Source of the DNA: Patescibacteria group bacterium
GTDB taxonomy: Bacteria; Patescibacteriota; Doudnabacteria; UBA920
Assembly (NCBI GenBank): GCA_028870105.1
Contig: JAGWQI010000002.1
Span: forward strand, 1 to 32,217
Length of the DNA stretch: 32,217 bases
Direction: 5' to 3'
Numbering within the stretch: the stretch's first letter is position 1; the number at the start of each line of letters is the position of its first letter. Of the stretch, positions 1 through 7,918 are shown one piece after another. The notes under the pieces are model-generated. The model saw only the letters and a program-made list of their open reading frames with translations, was not told the DNA's origin and did no database searches. A program made the position numbers and the translations under genes.

Positions 1-74
1 GGATGCTGAATAACCGGATCGGGCACTTCCTGCACTTCAATTTTTTTTGGCTCCCTAAAAATGGTCGCTTTCAT
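1..74 (-). CDS. N-terminus of a medium-chain (zinc-type) alcohol/threonine dehydrogenase-like protein; the rest lies outside the window
   Basis: Reverse strand from ATG at 74 reads MKATIFREPKKIEVQEVPDPVIQH, the usual opening of MDR-family dehydrogenases. Only 24 codons are visible. Confidence 0.35.
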   Translation of the reverse strand, partial: MKATIFREPKKIEVQEVPDPVIQH

Positions 75-245
75 ATTGATGATATTTAATGATTTCTAAA
101 CGTTTGATCTTAGGCTTTTCATCCGGCAAAACTTTGCGGCTTCCATTACGATGCAAGCGTCCTAACTTTAGAGAAAAGACCGCCATAACATAAGTTTAAG
201 AGTTTACGGCGGCTAAAGTCAAGCGGTCTCTTAATTTGGCTTTAC

Positions 246-289
246 TTGCAATAAAATGCGAACACCTCAACCGCGGCTGAGGTGTTCGC
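246..289 (-). terminator. Hairpin terminator, second of two downstream of rpsI
   Basis: Perfect 12-bp stem gcgaacacctca (258-269) / tgaggtgttcgc (278-289) with an 8-nt loop. On the minus strand it is followed by ATTTTATT. Confidence 0.45.
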
Positions 290-349
290 ATTGGCAATAT
301 TGATTAACGTTTGCCCTGCTTCCAGATTCACTTTTAACAGCAATCAGTT

Positions 350-385
350 AAAAAACCGCCCGATGATAAACATCGAAGCGGTTTT
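350..385 (-). terminator. Rho-independent terminator of the ribosomal protein operon
   Basis: Stem aaaaccgc/gcggtttt extended by an inner cgatg/catcg stem. The minus strand reads AAAACCGCTTCGATGTTTATCATCGGGCGGTTTTTTAAC, a hairpin plus T-run about 70 nt after the rpsI stop. Confidence 0.6.
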
Positions 386-455
386 AAATTTAACGTTTCG
401 CCCACCCATTCGACTCGTACTGGTCAAATCCGTGGCTCGCTCAGGGTGGCCAAAG

Positions 456-992
456 CTAGCGCTTTGCCCACTGTGGAGCGCGGCGGGCTCTTTTTAGACC
501 CGGCTTCTTTCTTTCCTTGCGGCGGTCATCGCGGGTCAAAAGGCCGTTCTTTTTTAAGACCTTACGAACTTCCTCAGAAAGCTTAGATAAAGCAATTGAG
601 ATACCGTGGCGAACGGCTTGGGCCTGGGAGTGCGCCCCGCCGCCATTGACCTGGCAAACAAAAAAATACTGCCCGGCTAAGCCCGTAAGATCGAACGGCT
701 GGCCAACTTCGTCTTGATAATGCTTATAAGAAAAATATTTGTTCCAGGGCTGCTTATTAACAACACTATCCCCCGCGCCGGCGAAAAGGCGGATGTTTGC
801 AACGGAGGTTTTGCGGCGGCCGGTGGCAAAAGTATATTGCCCGACTGGCTTTGCCTTATGAGCAGCCGAAGCCGGCGCGGCCTTCTCGGCGGCCACAGCT
901 TTGTGCTCGACGGCCGCCTTTGCGGCAGCGGGCTTTCGGGGCGCCCGTGGCTTTTTTAGGGCTGGCTTGGTAGTAGCAGTTTTAGTAGGCAT
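456..992 (-). CDS. rpsI: 30S ribosomal protein S9 with a ~50-aa Lys/Ala/Pro-rich N-terminal extension
   Basis: Core GQYTFATGRRKTSVANIRLF ... GGGAHSQAQAVRHGISIALS ... LLTRDDRRKERKKPGLKRARRAPQWAKR is canonical S9. TAG stop. Confidence 0.95.
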   Translation of the reverse strand: MPTKTATTKPALKKPRAPRKPAAAKAAVEHKAVAAEKAAPASAAHKAKPVGQYTFATGRRKTSVANIRLFAGAGDSVVNKQPWNKYFSYKHYQDEVGQPFDLTGLAGQYFFVCQVNGGGAHSQAQAVRHGISIALSKLSEEVRKVLKKNGLLTRDDRRKERKKPGLKRARRAPQWAKR

Positions 993-1029
993 AAAAAGGA
1001 GATGAAAAAAACGTTAACGCTGCAATAAA

Positions 1030-1443
1030 TTATTTATCAATAGTGTAATTATGCTTGTCACCTTTGACGATTTTTAAGCGAGCCATCATATTTTTGCGGA
1101 ACCTGACATCATCCAGCATACTAAAAACCGCCTTCTTCAACACTTCTTCCGGCTTGCGCTGGTAAACCACGCGCATTGGCGTACTCTTAAGTCCGCCCAA
1201 GTAACCCGAGTGGCGATAGTAAGTCTTTTGCGCGAGCTTGCGGCCCGAAAATTTTAGCTTATCGGCATTAATTGCGACAACAAAATCACCCATGTCCATA
1301 TGCGGCGAAAAATTGCGCTTGTGCTTGCCGCGCAACAGATTGGCGATTTCGCTGGCCACGCGGCCGTATGTTTTCTGCGAAGCGTCAATTTGGTGCCAGG
1401 AGCGCTCGATCTTCTTTGGCAATGTCAGCTTTTGCGATTTCAT
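1030..1443 (-). CDS. rplM: 50S ribosomal protein L13
   Basis: WHQIDASQKTYGRVASEIANLLRGKHK..F.PHMDMGDFVVAINADK is a typical L13. It sits immediately upstream of rpsI. Confidence 0.95.
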   Translation of the reverse strand: MKSQKLTLPKKIERSWHQIDASQKTYGRVASEIANLLRGKHKRNFSPHMDMGDFVVAINADKLKFSGRKLAQKTYYRHSGYLGGLKSTPMRVVYQRKPEEVLKKAVFSMLDDVRFRKNMMARLKIVKGDKHNYTIDK

Positions 1444-1461
1444 AAATTAAGCGTGTGCTAA

Positions 1462-1806
1462 TTACTCCACAAATTCAAGCAGAACTTTAGATTGTCCGCC
1501 ATGCGGGTTGTTTAATTTTGTCAAACGAGTATAGCCGCCTTTACGGTCTTTAAATTTCGGACCAATGACTTCTAGTGCCTTTTTGGCCGCCATGGGCGAC
1601 AGGGCGCCCAATAACAAACGGCGGGAATGCAAGCTGCTATTTTTGGCCCGGGTAATCAATTTTTCCAAGTAAGGCTTGACTGCGCGGGCGTTGGCGTAAG
1701 AGGTCTCAATTTTTTCATACAACATGGCCGCCGACGCCAAGCTGCGCAGTAATTTACGGCGATGATCGGTACCCTTGCCTAATTTTTTCTTCTTGTGGTG
1801 ACGCAT
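1462..1806 (-). CDS. rplQ: 50S ribosomal protein L17
   Basis: MRHHKKKKLGKGTDHRRKLLRSLASAAMLYEKIETS...KPYLEKLITRAK is an L17 signature. Position after rpoA. Confidence 0.95.
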   Translation of the reverse strand: MRHHKKKKLGKGTDHRRKLLRSLASAAMLYEKIETSYANARAVKPYLEKLITRAKNSSLHSRRLLLGALSPMAAKKALEVIGPKFKDRKGGYTRLTKLNNPHGGQSKVLLEFVE

Positions 1807-1822
1807 AAAATAAATCCTACGT

Positions 1823-2752
1823 TTATCTTCCTAAAAACTCGATTATCTCTTTGACAGTTTTTTCGCCGAGGCCGCTTAGGTTTGCAATCTGCTCATTGCT
1901 CATATCACCCAGAGCCTTCAATGTGGAAATATTGTTTTTTGCCAAAGCATTTTTGGCGCGGGTCGAGAGCGTGCTTTGCTGGACTTCGCTCGCCTCGGCC
2001 AAAGAAGGCAAAAGCTCTTGTTGCTGCGGCTCAAGTACTTCGTCCGCCGGCTTAACAGGCTCGCTAAAACCATCAGCAAACATCATGGAAAAATGGTCAA
2101 CCAAAATATGGGCGGCAATATCGGCTGCCTCTTGGCCGTTAATAGTCCCGTCAGTTTCCATGACCAGCTCCAACTTGTCAAAATTAGTCAGCTGGCCAAC
2201 ACGAACGTTGGAAACATCAAAGTGCACCGATTTAATCGGCGTAAAAATCGCATCAATAGCGATCATGCCGGTATCAAGTTTTTGGCCTTCCCGCATCTCA
2301 ACCGGCACATAGCCCCGGCCCTGCTCAATGACGAGCTCTACCTCAAAATCAGCTGCTTTGCTGTCAGTTGTGGCGATATGCAGATCTTTATTGATAACCT
2401 GCACCTGGTCATTTTCCTTAATGTCCGCGGCGGTGACTAGCTTTTCTCCTTTCACTTTAAGTTGGACTCTCACCGGCTCAGCGCTGAAACATTTTACTCG
2501 CAGCTGCTTTAAGTTCAGAATAATCTGGATAACGTCTTCCTTCACGTTTGGAATAGTGGAAAATTCGTGATCAACAAACTTAATTTTAGCCGCGGTAACA
2601 GCCGCGCCTGGCATGGAAGACAGCAGTACGCGCCTGATGGCATTGCCAATGGTAACACCGTACCCCGGATAAAGGGGTTCTAGCGCGACACTGTATCGAT
2701 TTTGTCCCAAATCGCTGACAACGGCTCGATTGGGCAGAGGGATGGCCTCCAT
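1823..2752 (-). CDS. rpoA: DNA-directed RNA polymerase alpha subunit
   Basis: N-terminal domain LEPLYPGYGVTIGNAIRRVLLSSMPGAAV and C-terminal HhH-like LSTRAKNALAKNNISTLKALGDMS..LGEKTVKEI. Synteny rpsD-rpoA-rplQ. Confidence 0.95.
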   Translation of the reverse strand: MEAIPLPNRAVVSDLGQNRYSVALEPLYPGYGVTIGNAIRRVLLSSMPGAAVTAAKIKFVDHEFSTIPNVKEDVIQIILNLKQLRVKCFSAEPVRVQLKVKGEKLVTAADIKENDQVQVINKDLHIATTDSKAADFEVELVIEQGRGYVPVEMREGQKLDTGMIAIDAIFTPIKSVHFDVSNVRVGQLTNFDKLELVMETDGTINGQEAADIAAHILVDHFSMMFADGFSEPVKPADEVLEPQQQELLPSLAEASEVQQSTLSTRAKNALAKNNISTLKALGDMSNEQIANLSGLGEKTVKEIIEFLGR

Positions 2753-2838
2753 AAGTTTAACCTTTTACATTTGGCGCGGTCTTGCCGCCAATTCTGGCGG
2801 GGCAAAACAATTGCCAATTGTTAATTGTCAAATATAAA

Positions 2839-3447
2839 CTAAGTGCGGCTGTAATGTTCAACAATAAGCTGCGTGTTAATAAGGTTATTGATCATTTCCG
2901 GCGTCGGCAAACTTAAGATTTTGCCGGTCAATTTTTGGCTGTCAAGTTGCAGCCATTCCTGGGTCTGAAAGCTTTTAATCCGCTCTTTCATCTTTTCCAC
3001 ATAGGCGCTCTTCTGCTTTGACGGGCGAATCGATACAACATCGCCGACTTTAACGGAGTAAGAAGGAATGTCGACTTTTTTTGTGTTAACCTCAATAAAA
3101 CCATGACTGACAAGCTGCCTGGCCTGGGCGCGCGTTTCAGCAAAACCAAGACGGAAGACAATATTATCCAAGCGGGCTTCCAGCAACTTAAGTAAATTAT
3201 CGCCTGTGACGCCTGTCTGTTTAAGCGCCCTGTTAAAATAACGCTCGAACTGTCGTTCCATTACACCATAATTAATCTTGGCCTTTTGCTTTTCGCGTAA
3301 CTGCATGCCATATTCGGAAAGCCGGGAACGGCTTTGTCCATGCTGGCCTGGGGCGTAAGCGCGTTTTTGCATAACTTTGGCATCTTTGGCTGTAAAAGCC
3401 ATGCCGAATCGGCGCGCTTTTTTTGCTTTGGGTCCGGTATATCTCAT
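2839..3447 (-). CDS. rpsD: 30S ribosomal protein S4
   Basis: MRYTGPKAKKARRFG... and an S4 RNA-binding domain (RLDNIVFRLGFAETRAQARQLVSHGFIEVN). I place the start at the ATG at 3447 (MRYTGPK), not the track's 3459. Confidence 0.93.
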   Translation of the reverse strand: MRYTGPKAKKARRFGMAFTAKDAKVMQKRAYAPGQHGQSRSRLSEYGMQLREKQKAKINYGVMERQFERYFNRALKQTGVTGDNLLKLLEARLDNIVFRLGFAETRAQARQLVSHGFIEVNTKKVDIPSYSVKVGDVVSIRPSKQKSAYVEKMKERIKSFQTQEWLQLDSQKLTGKILSLPTPEMINNLINTQLIVEHYSRT

Positions 3448-3532
3448 AAAAAAATCCAAAAAAAATTAAAACTCAAAATGTAGATGTTAATCACCGACGA
3501 ACTAGATTATTTTACATTTTGATTTTTGCCTG

Positions 3533-3991
3533 TTATACCCTTCGCGGCTTCTTGGGCCTCACACCGCCGTGTGGAATTGGGGTCTGGTCCTTAATAGACA
3601 ACACACTCATCCCGCTGCCCTGCAGCGCGCGCACCGCTGACTCGCGGCCGCTACCTATGCCTTTAATCAAAACATCAACCTCAGTCACCCCCCGCTCCCT
3701 AGCCTTGGCTAAGGCATCTTCCATGGTTTTCTGGCCAGCATACGGGGTGGACTTCTTTGAGCCCTTAAAGCCAATGCGGCCAGCGCTGCTCCACGATAAA
3801 ACATTACCAGCCAAATCGGTTACGGAAACAATGGTGTTGTTATAGGTGGAATTAACGTAAATCTTGCCTTTGCTGACTTTGGCCTTGGACTTCTTTTTTT
3901 TGGCCTTAGTCTTAGATGCTTCCTCGGCCGTGGCCGGAGCGGCAGCTTGAGCTGCGCTGGCAGTCTGATTTGTTAAGACTTCTTCGGACAT
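3533..3991 (-). CDS. rpsK: 30S ribosomal protein S11 with a low-complexity N-terminal extension
   Basis: [42 protein letters not shown]...[15 protein letters not shown]...I.D.TPIPHGG.RP.K.RR is canonical S11. Confidence 0.93.
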   Translation of the reverse strand: MSEEVLTNQTASAAQAAAPATAEEASKTKAKKKKSKAKVSKGKIYVNSTYNNTIVSVTDLAGNVLSWSSAGRIGFKGSKKSTPYAGQKTMEDALAKARERGVTEVDVLIKGIGSGRESAVRALQGSGMSVLSIKDQTPIPHGGVRPKKPRRV

Positions 3992-4048
3992 AGTTATACA
4001 AAATAAATAAATCTAAAATTTTACCTCTTCCCTAAAGCCCGGATGACC

Positions 4049-4438
4049 TTAGGTCTTCTCTGCCGACGCCTTCCGGCCGCTTCCCGCTGTTTTGCGGACG
4101 TTCCCGCGCCGAGTGCGCGAATTAGTTTTCGTTCGCTGGCCGCGGACAGGCAAGCCCCGGATGTGGCGAATGCCGCGGTAAGCGCCAATTTCTTTTAAGC
4201 GCTTAATGTTGAGCATTACTTGCTGCCGCAAGCCGCCTTCGACCTTAAAACTTTTTTCAATGTAATCGCGGACTCTGTTAAGTTCCGCCTCCGTTAAATC
4301 TTTCGTGCGCTTGTTGGGATCTACTTGGGTTGCCGCCAAAATTCTCCTCGACAAACTCAGCCCAATCCCGTAAATGTAAGGTAGCGAAGCCTCGATTCTT
4401 TTTTCGTTGGGTATATTTATACCAGCGATTCTAGCCAT
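4049..4438 (-). CDS. rpsM: 30S ribosomal protein S13
   Basis: [26 protein letters not shown] ... [28 protein letters not shown]. Confidence 0.95.
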   Translation of the reverse strand: MARIAGINIPNEKRIEASLPYIYGIGLSLSRRILAATQVDPNKRTKDLTEAELNRVRDYIEKSFKVEGGLRQQVMLNIKRLKEIGAYRGIRHIRGLPVRGQRTKTNSRTRRGNVRKTAGSGRKASAEKT

Positions 4439-4472
4439 AATTTAGATTACTAATGCCTATTTGAGTTAAAAC

Positions 4473-4586
4473 TTATCCTTGCCGCTGTTTATGCTTGGGG
4501 TTGGAACAGATAATATAAACCCTGCCAAACCGTTTGACGATTTTGCATTGTTTGCACATAGGTTTTACCGAAGCTCTGACTTTCAT
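4473..4586 (-). CDS. rpmJ: 50S ribosomal protein L36 (37 aa; below the ORF-track cutoff)
   Basis: Hand translation of the minus strand from ATG at 4586: [37 protein letters not shown], then TAA at 4473-4475. It has the canonical L36 sequence and lies between infA and rpsM. Confidence 0.9.
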   Translation of the reverse strand: MKVRASVKPMCKQCKIVKRFGRVYIICSNPKHKQRQG

Positions 4587-4605
4587 AAATATGGTTTAAG
4601 CTGTA

Positions 4606-4809
4606 CTAACGCATTCTGCGGGTTATTCTTCCTTTGCTCAAATCGTAGGGGGTCATTTCAATAATCACCCGGTCTCCGGGCATAACCCGGATCATGTTGA
4701 CTCGCATTTTTCCGGAAAGGTGACCTAAAACAGTCTGTCCGGAGTCCAATTGAACACGAAAAAGAGCATTAGGCAAATTTTCAATTACTTTGCCCTCAAG
4801 CTCGATCAA
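4606..4809 (-). CDS. infA: Translation initiation factor IF-1
   Basis: [51 protein letters not shown] is an S1-like IF-1. The start shown is TTG at 4809, directly after an A9 run. The exact N-terminus is uncertain (see findings). Confidence 0.9.
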   Translation of the reverse strand: MIELEGKVIENLPNALFRVQLDSGQTVLGHLSGKMRVNMIRVMPGDRVIIEMTPYDLSKGRITRRMR

Positions 4810-4889
4810 GTTTTTTTTTGTGCCAGACTTCCCTAAGTCTTGATTGCCGCTGGTAGTAATGTGAGTGATATTTGTAAATTATCCCAATA

Positions 4890-4917
4890 ATTCTATCACA
4901 ACTAAAAAAAATGTCAA
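4890..4917 (-). promoter_or_regulatory. Sigma70-type promoter for infA and the ribosomal protein operon
   Basis: The minus strand reads TTGACA (4917-4912), a 16-nt spacer ending in TGa, then TAGAAT (4895-4890). This is a consensus -35 plus an extended -10, in the only sizeable intergenic gap upstream of infA. Confidence 0.5.
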
Positions 4918-4973
4918 GCTAAGACTCGAGTTAAAATTCCCTCTTATTTACAGGAAAATTCTTAAATTAAACC

Positions 4974-6749
4974 TTAATTGACCACAATCTTGATTTTCGA
5001 AGACAAAAACGGGAACCAACTTTGCCAAGCAGGGACAAAATTGACATCAATATGGTCAATACCCGGATTTTCGCTTAAAACATTGTTAATCTCGCCCTCC
5101 CCTTTTCCAGCCAAACGACCGGCCAGACCTGACACATCAACATCCGCAACAATCTGGCCGTCAAAATGGGCGGAAAGCACGGCCGTCCCGGCGTTTAAAT
5201 CAACAGTTTTATAGCTATAACTACTCGGCTGATTTTGGTTTGGGCCCAACTCGTGACCAGCGGAGATATTCTGCTGCAGCCGGGCAGTCATTAAGCGCTG
5301 CAAGTCTTCGCCAGAAAATGCTAATCCTTGCACGCTAGCTTTCAGGTCAGCTTGAAAAGACGGCGACTGGCTACCAGCGGGCTTATCCGGGGTGTAGGAC
5401 ACAATTTGGATTTGGTATCCGTTATCCGGCAACACGAGTTTTTTCGCGGCCAGGTCTTGCCGAAGCTGACTGATTAAATCGGCCTTCAACGATTCTTCGG
5501 CAGAAGCGATGTCCTGCGCCGTGACAACCGACAAGAAGCGAGATATGCCGCCATCAATCGCATCGGACGTTTTGGCATACAGCAATTGCGGCTTGCTGCC
5601 AAATACCTGATTGGTAATCTCTAGACGAGTTCCGGCCGGCACATTATAGCTCTCCCCGCCTTCAACCGCGACCACGTCCACCGGAGCGGATAAGCTGGCC
5701 GGGTCCACCTCTTTGGTTTTAGCATTTTTATAAAGCGTCGGGCGAATTTGCATGGCATCGGCCGCAAGATTGTAATTTTTTCCGTTTAAAGTCAAAACTG
5801 TCGTAGCCGACTTCAAATTGATCGGAACCTTCGTGAAATTGTAAATAATCACGGAACCGGTGGCCTTGTTCCCGACTTGTTGTTTGCCTTGACTTTCAAA
5901 CTTATCGCTAATTTCCAAAGCCTGTTGAACTTTGACGGCGGGCATCACAAGCCGATCCGCGTCATACTGATTAATAACCGAGCTTAAACTGACGTCCATA
6001 TCTCTTGTTATTGGTTCGGTTTTCCGATAAACCTCCAATACTGCTTTGGGCAGTATCAAAAAAACCAAAATTAAACACAGCGCCAGACCGCCGGCAACTA
6101 AAAACCAAACCAGCCTGCGGCCGCTCTTGATTTTTTTTTGATGCTTAATCCGGTCTTCAAACTCCTTGGGAAAAATTGAATCCTTAACCGCCACATGGGA
6201 CATTTCCGCCGCTTCCTCTGCCCCTTCCGGCTTAGCAAAAACCTGAGGTGCGCTGTTAATTCTTGGTGGTTCGGCCGCAGCCGCTTTGGACTGCTGTTTG
6301 TCGGTTTGTTTTTTTTGTAAGATTTGCGTTAAATTATCCAACGTGGAAGTTGCCGCCGCCAAAACATCCTGCGGTGGAGCCGCGTTTTGGGTTACGGGCC
6401 GCTGGGTTTCGGTCGGGTGATGCAGGCGAATATCGGAAATATTGGCGGCGCGCTGCGGCCGGGGCAGATCGCGCAAACCTAAACCGGCGGCTTGGGCATA
6501 TTGCCGACCCTTTTCATCCATGGTCAAAATGAAAACTTCCTTGCCCAAGGCGTCAGCCTGAGTCTTTAAAAGTTTCAAATTTATCGGGTCGCTAAACAAA
6601 AAACAGCGTTTTGGGCAAACCACAATGACCTGCGATGACCGCTCGCGTTTAATCCTCGCAGCGATCGCCTCTACGCTGTCCTCTAAATTTATATAAATGC
6701 TCGGGACCATATCCAAAACTATTGTAGATAACCCAGCTTTTTTGGTCAA
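4974..6749 (-). CDS. Hypothetical single-pass membrane protein (591 aa)
   Basis: Long ORF. About 95-aa structured N-terminal domain, a Q/A/P-rich linker, one TM helix (LVWFLVAGGLALCLILVFLIL), and a ~350-aa extracytoplasmic domain. TTG start abuts the pgi stop (TAATTG). An alternative ATG lies 13 codons in, at 6710. No family recognised with confidence. Confidence 0.7.
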   Translation of the reverse strand: MTKKAGLSTIVLDMVPSIYINLEDSVEAIAARIKRERSSQVIVVCPKRCFLFSDPINLKLLKTQADALGKEVFILTMDEKGRQYAQAAGLGLRDLPRPQRAANISDIRLHHPTETQRPVTQNAAPPQDVLAAATSTLDNLTQILQKKQTDKQQSKAAAAEPPRINSAPQVFAKPEGAEEAAEMSHVAVKDSIFPKEFEDRIKHQKKIKSGRRLVWFLVAGGLALCLILVFLILPKAVLEVYRKTEPITRDMDVSLSSVINQYDADRLVMPAVKVQQALEISDKFESQGKQQVGNKATGSVIIYNFTKVPINLKSATTVLTLNGKNYNLAADAMQIRPTLYKNAKTKEVDPASLSAPVDVVAVEGGESYNVPAGTRLEITNQVFGSKPQLLYAKTSDAIDGGISRFLSVVTAQDIASAEESLKADLISQLRQDLAAKKLVLPDNGYQIQIVSYTPDKPAGSQSPSFQADLKASVQGLAFSGEDLQRLMTARLQQNISAGHELGPNQNQPSSYSYKTVDLNAGTAVLSAHFDGQIVADVDVSGLAGRLAGKGEGEINNVLSENPGIDHIDVNFVPAWQSWFPFLSSKIKIVVN

Positions 6750-7916
6750 TTACAAAAGACCTTTATATTGTAGTCGCTTATTAAAACTAATTACCTTACT
6801 GTTTTCGACCTGCGGCTGGTCAAACGGGTCTACGCCGCGGAGCACCGAAGAATAAACCGCATAGAGCTGCCAAAAGGCCACAAACCGGCCAAGCTCCTCG
6901 GCGTTAAAACCGCTAATCGACAAATAAGCCAGGGGGATACCATGAATGCGCGCGTCTTCCAACGTCCCTTCGAGTTCCGACTTAAGAGATACCTCCAAAG
7001 GAATATTATTTAAATCAAACAATGAATGACTTTTAATTTGCACGCTATGCGCCTGGGTTGGATAGCGGCTCAAAATTTGATGATGAAAACTGTCGCTGCC
7101 AACAAAGAATCCTGCAATATTTTTCGGGCCGCCAAAAAACCGCTGGTTGGTATGGTGCTGGCTCTCAGGCGCTTCAGCCGCCAGGTAAGTCTGGCCTTTG
7201 CCATTCTTGCCGAAACTCTCGTGGCACAACTGCACAATTAAGGCGCTCATGGGAAACAAGGCGTGCGCGTAAAAAGGCAAAAACACGTCCACATAGCCTT
7301 GCTGCTCAAGCTGGCTGAATACCGAGGCCGCTTTCCACGCCAAATTATCCTTATTATATAAGTTATAAAACTCTTTCGCGCCACGGTATAAAATTTGGGT
7401 ATTAATGCCAACCAATACCGCCGGCAACAGCGCCACTTCGGTCATCCCGGTATAGCGGCCGCCAATCGGCGGATGCTCAATTATCGGCAATTTTAGTTTT
7501 TCCGCAAGGGCCCTTAGTGGACTGCTCTTACCAGTGACTACCACCATTGGGTAATCCAAAAATTGCGCGGTCATTTCTAAATGGGTGGTATTCTCGCCGG
7601 ACTTGCTAATAGACACTACGAGCGTGTCTTCTTTACGCAATTCCGCTTTCAGCTCCGCGATGTAATCCGGGTCAACAGTACTTAAAAAGTATACGTCTTT
7701 TTTGCTTTCCGATCTCAGCGCGTGATAATATCCCAAAAAAGTCGTCAGGCTGCCGCCATGGGCAATAATCAACAGCTTTTGGTACTGCCGGTACTTGTTG
7801 GCATACTGTTCCAGTAGCTCAAAATTTGGTCTGTACCCAACAAATTCGGGCGCGTCAGGCAAGTCGACCATATCGATTTTACCCGGTTTCGGACAATTGT
7901 AAAAATCTAACTTCAT
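6750..7916 (-). CDS. pgi: Glucose-6-phosphate isomerase, short (388 aa) form
   Basis: SIS/PGI motifs VVSISKSGENTTHLE and PIGGRYTGMTEVALLP. The start lies 2 nt after the alaS stop. Confidence 0.75.
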   Translation of the reverse strand: MKLDFYNCPKPGKIDMVDLPDAPEFVGYRPNFELLEQYANKYRQYQKLLIIAHGGSLTTFLGYYHALRSESKKDVYFLSTVDPDYIAELKAELRKEDTLVVSISKSGENTTHLEMTAQFLDYPMVVVTGKSSPLRALAEKLKLPIIEHPPIGGRYTGMTEVALLPAVLVGINTQILYRGAKEFYNLYNKDNLAWKAASVFSQLEQQGYVDVFLPFYAHALFPMSALIVQLCHESFGKNGKGQTYLAAEAPESQHHTNQRFFGGPKNIAGFFVGSDSFHHQILSRYPTQAHSVQIKSHSLFDLNNIPLEVSLKSELEGTLEDARIHGIPLAYLSISGFNAEELGRFVAFWQLYAVYSSVLRGVDPFDQPQVENSKVISFNKRLQYKGLL

Positions 7917-7918
7917 TG

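Noticed and set aside
61-186. 41-codon minus-strand ORF (MAVFSLKLGRLHRNGSRKVLPDEKPKIKRLEIIKYHQYESDHF) upstream of, and overlapping, the dehydrogenase start.
   Set aside because: It has no ribosome-binding site and no recognisable family. It overlaps the better-supported MKATIF... start out of frame. It is most likely 5' UTR.
282-497. Plus-strand 71-aa ORF.
   Set aside because: It runs through both terminator hairpins and into the rpsI 3' end on the opposite strand. Its composition is not protein-like.
997-1030. AAGGAG followed by ATG on the plus strand (MKKTLTLQ, 8 codons) between rplM and rpsI.
   Set aside because: The SD-to-ATG spacing is about 1 nt and the ORF has only 8 codons. It sits antisense within a tight minus-strand operon.
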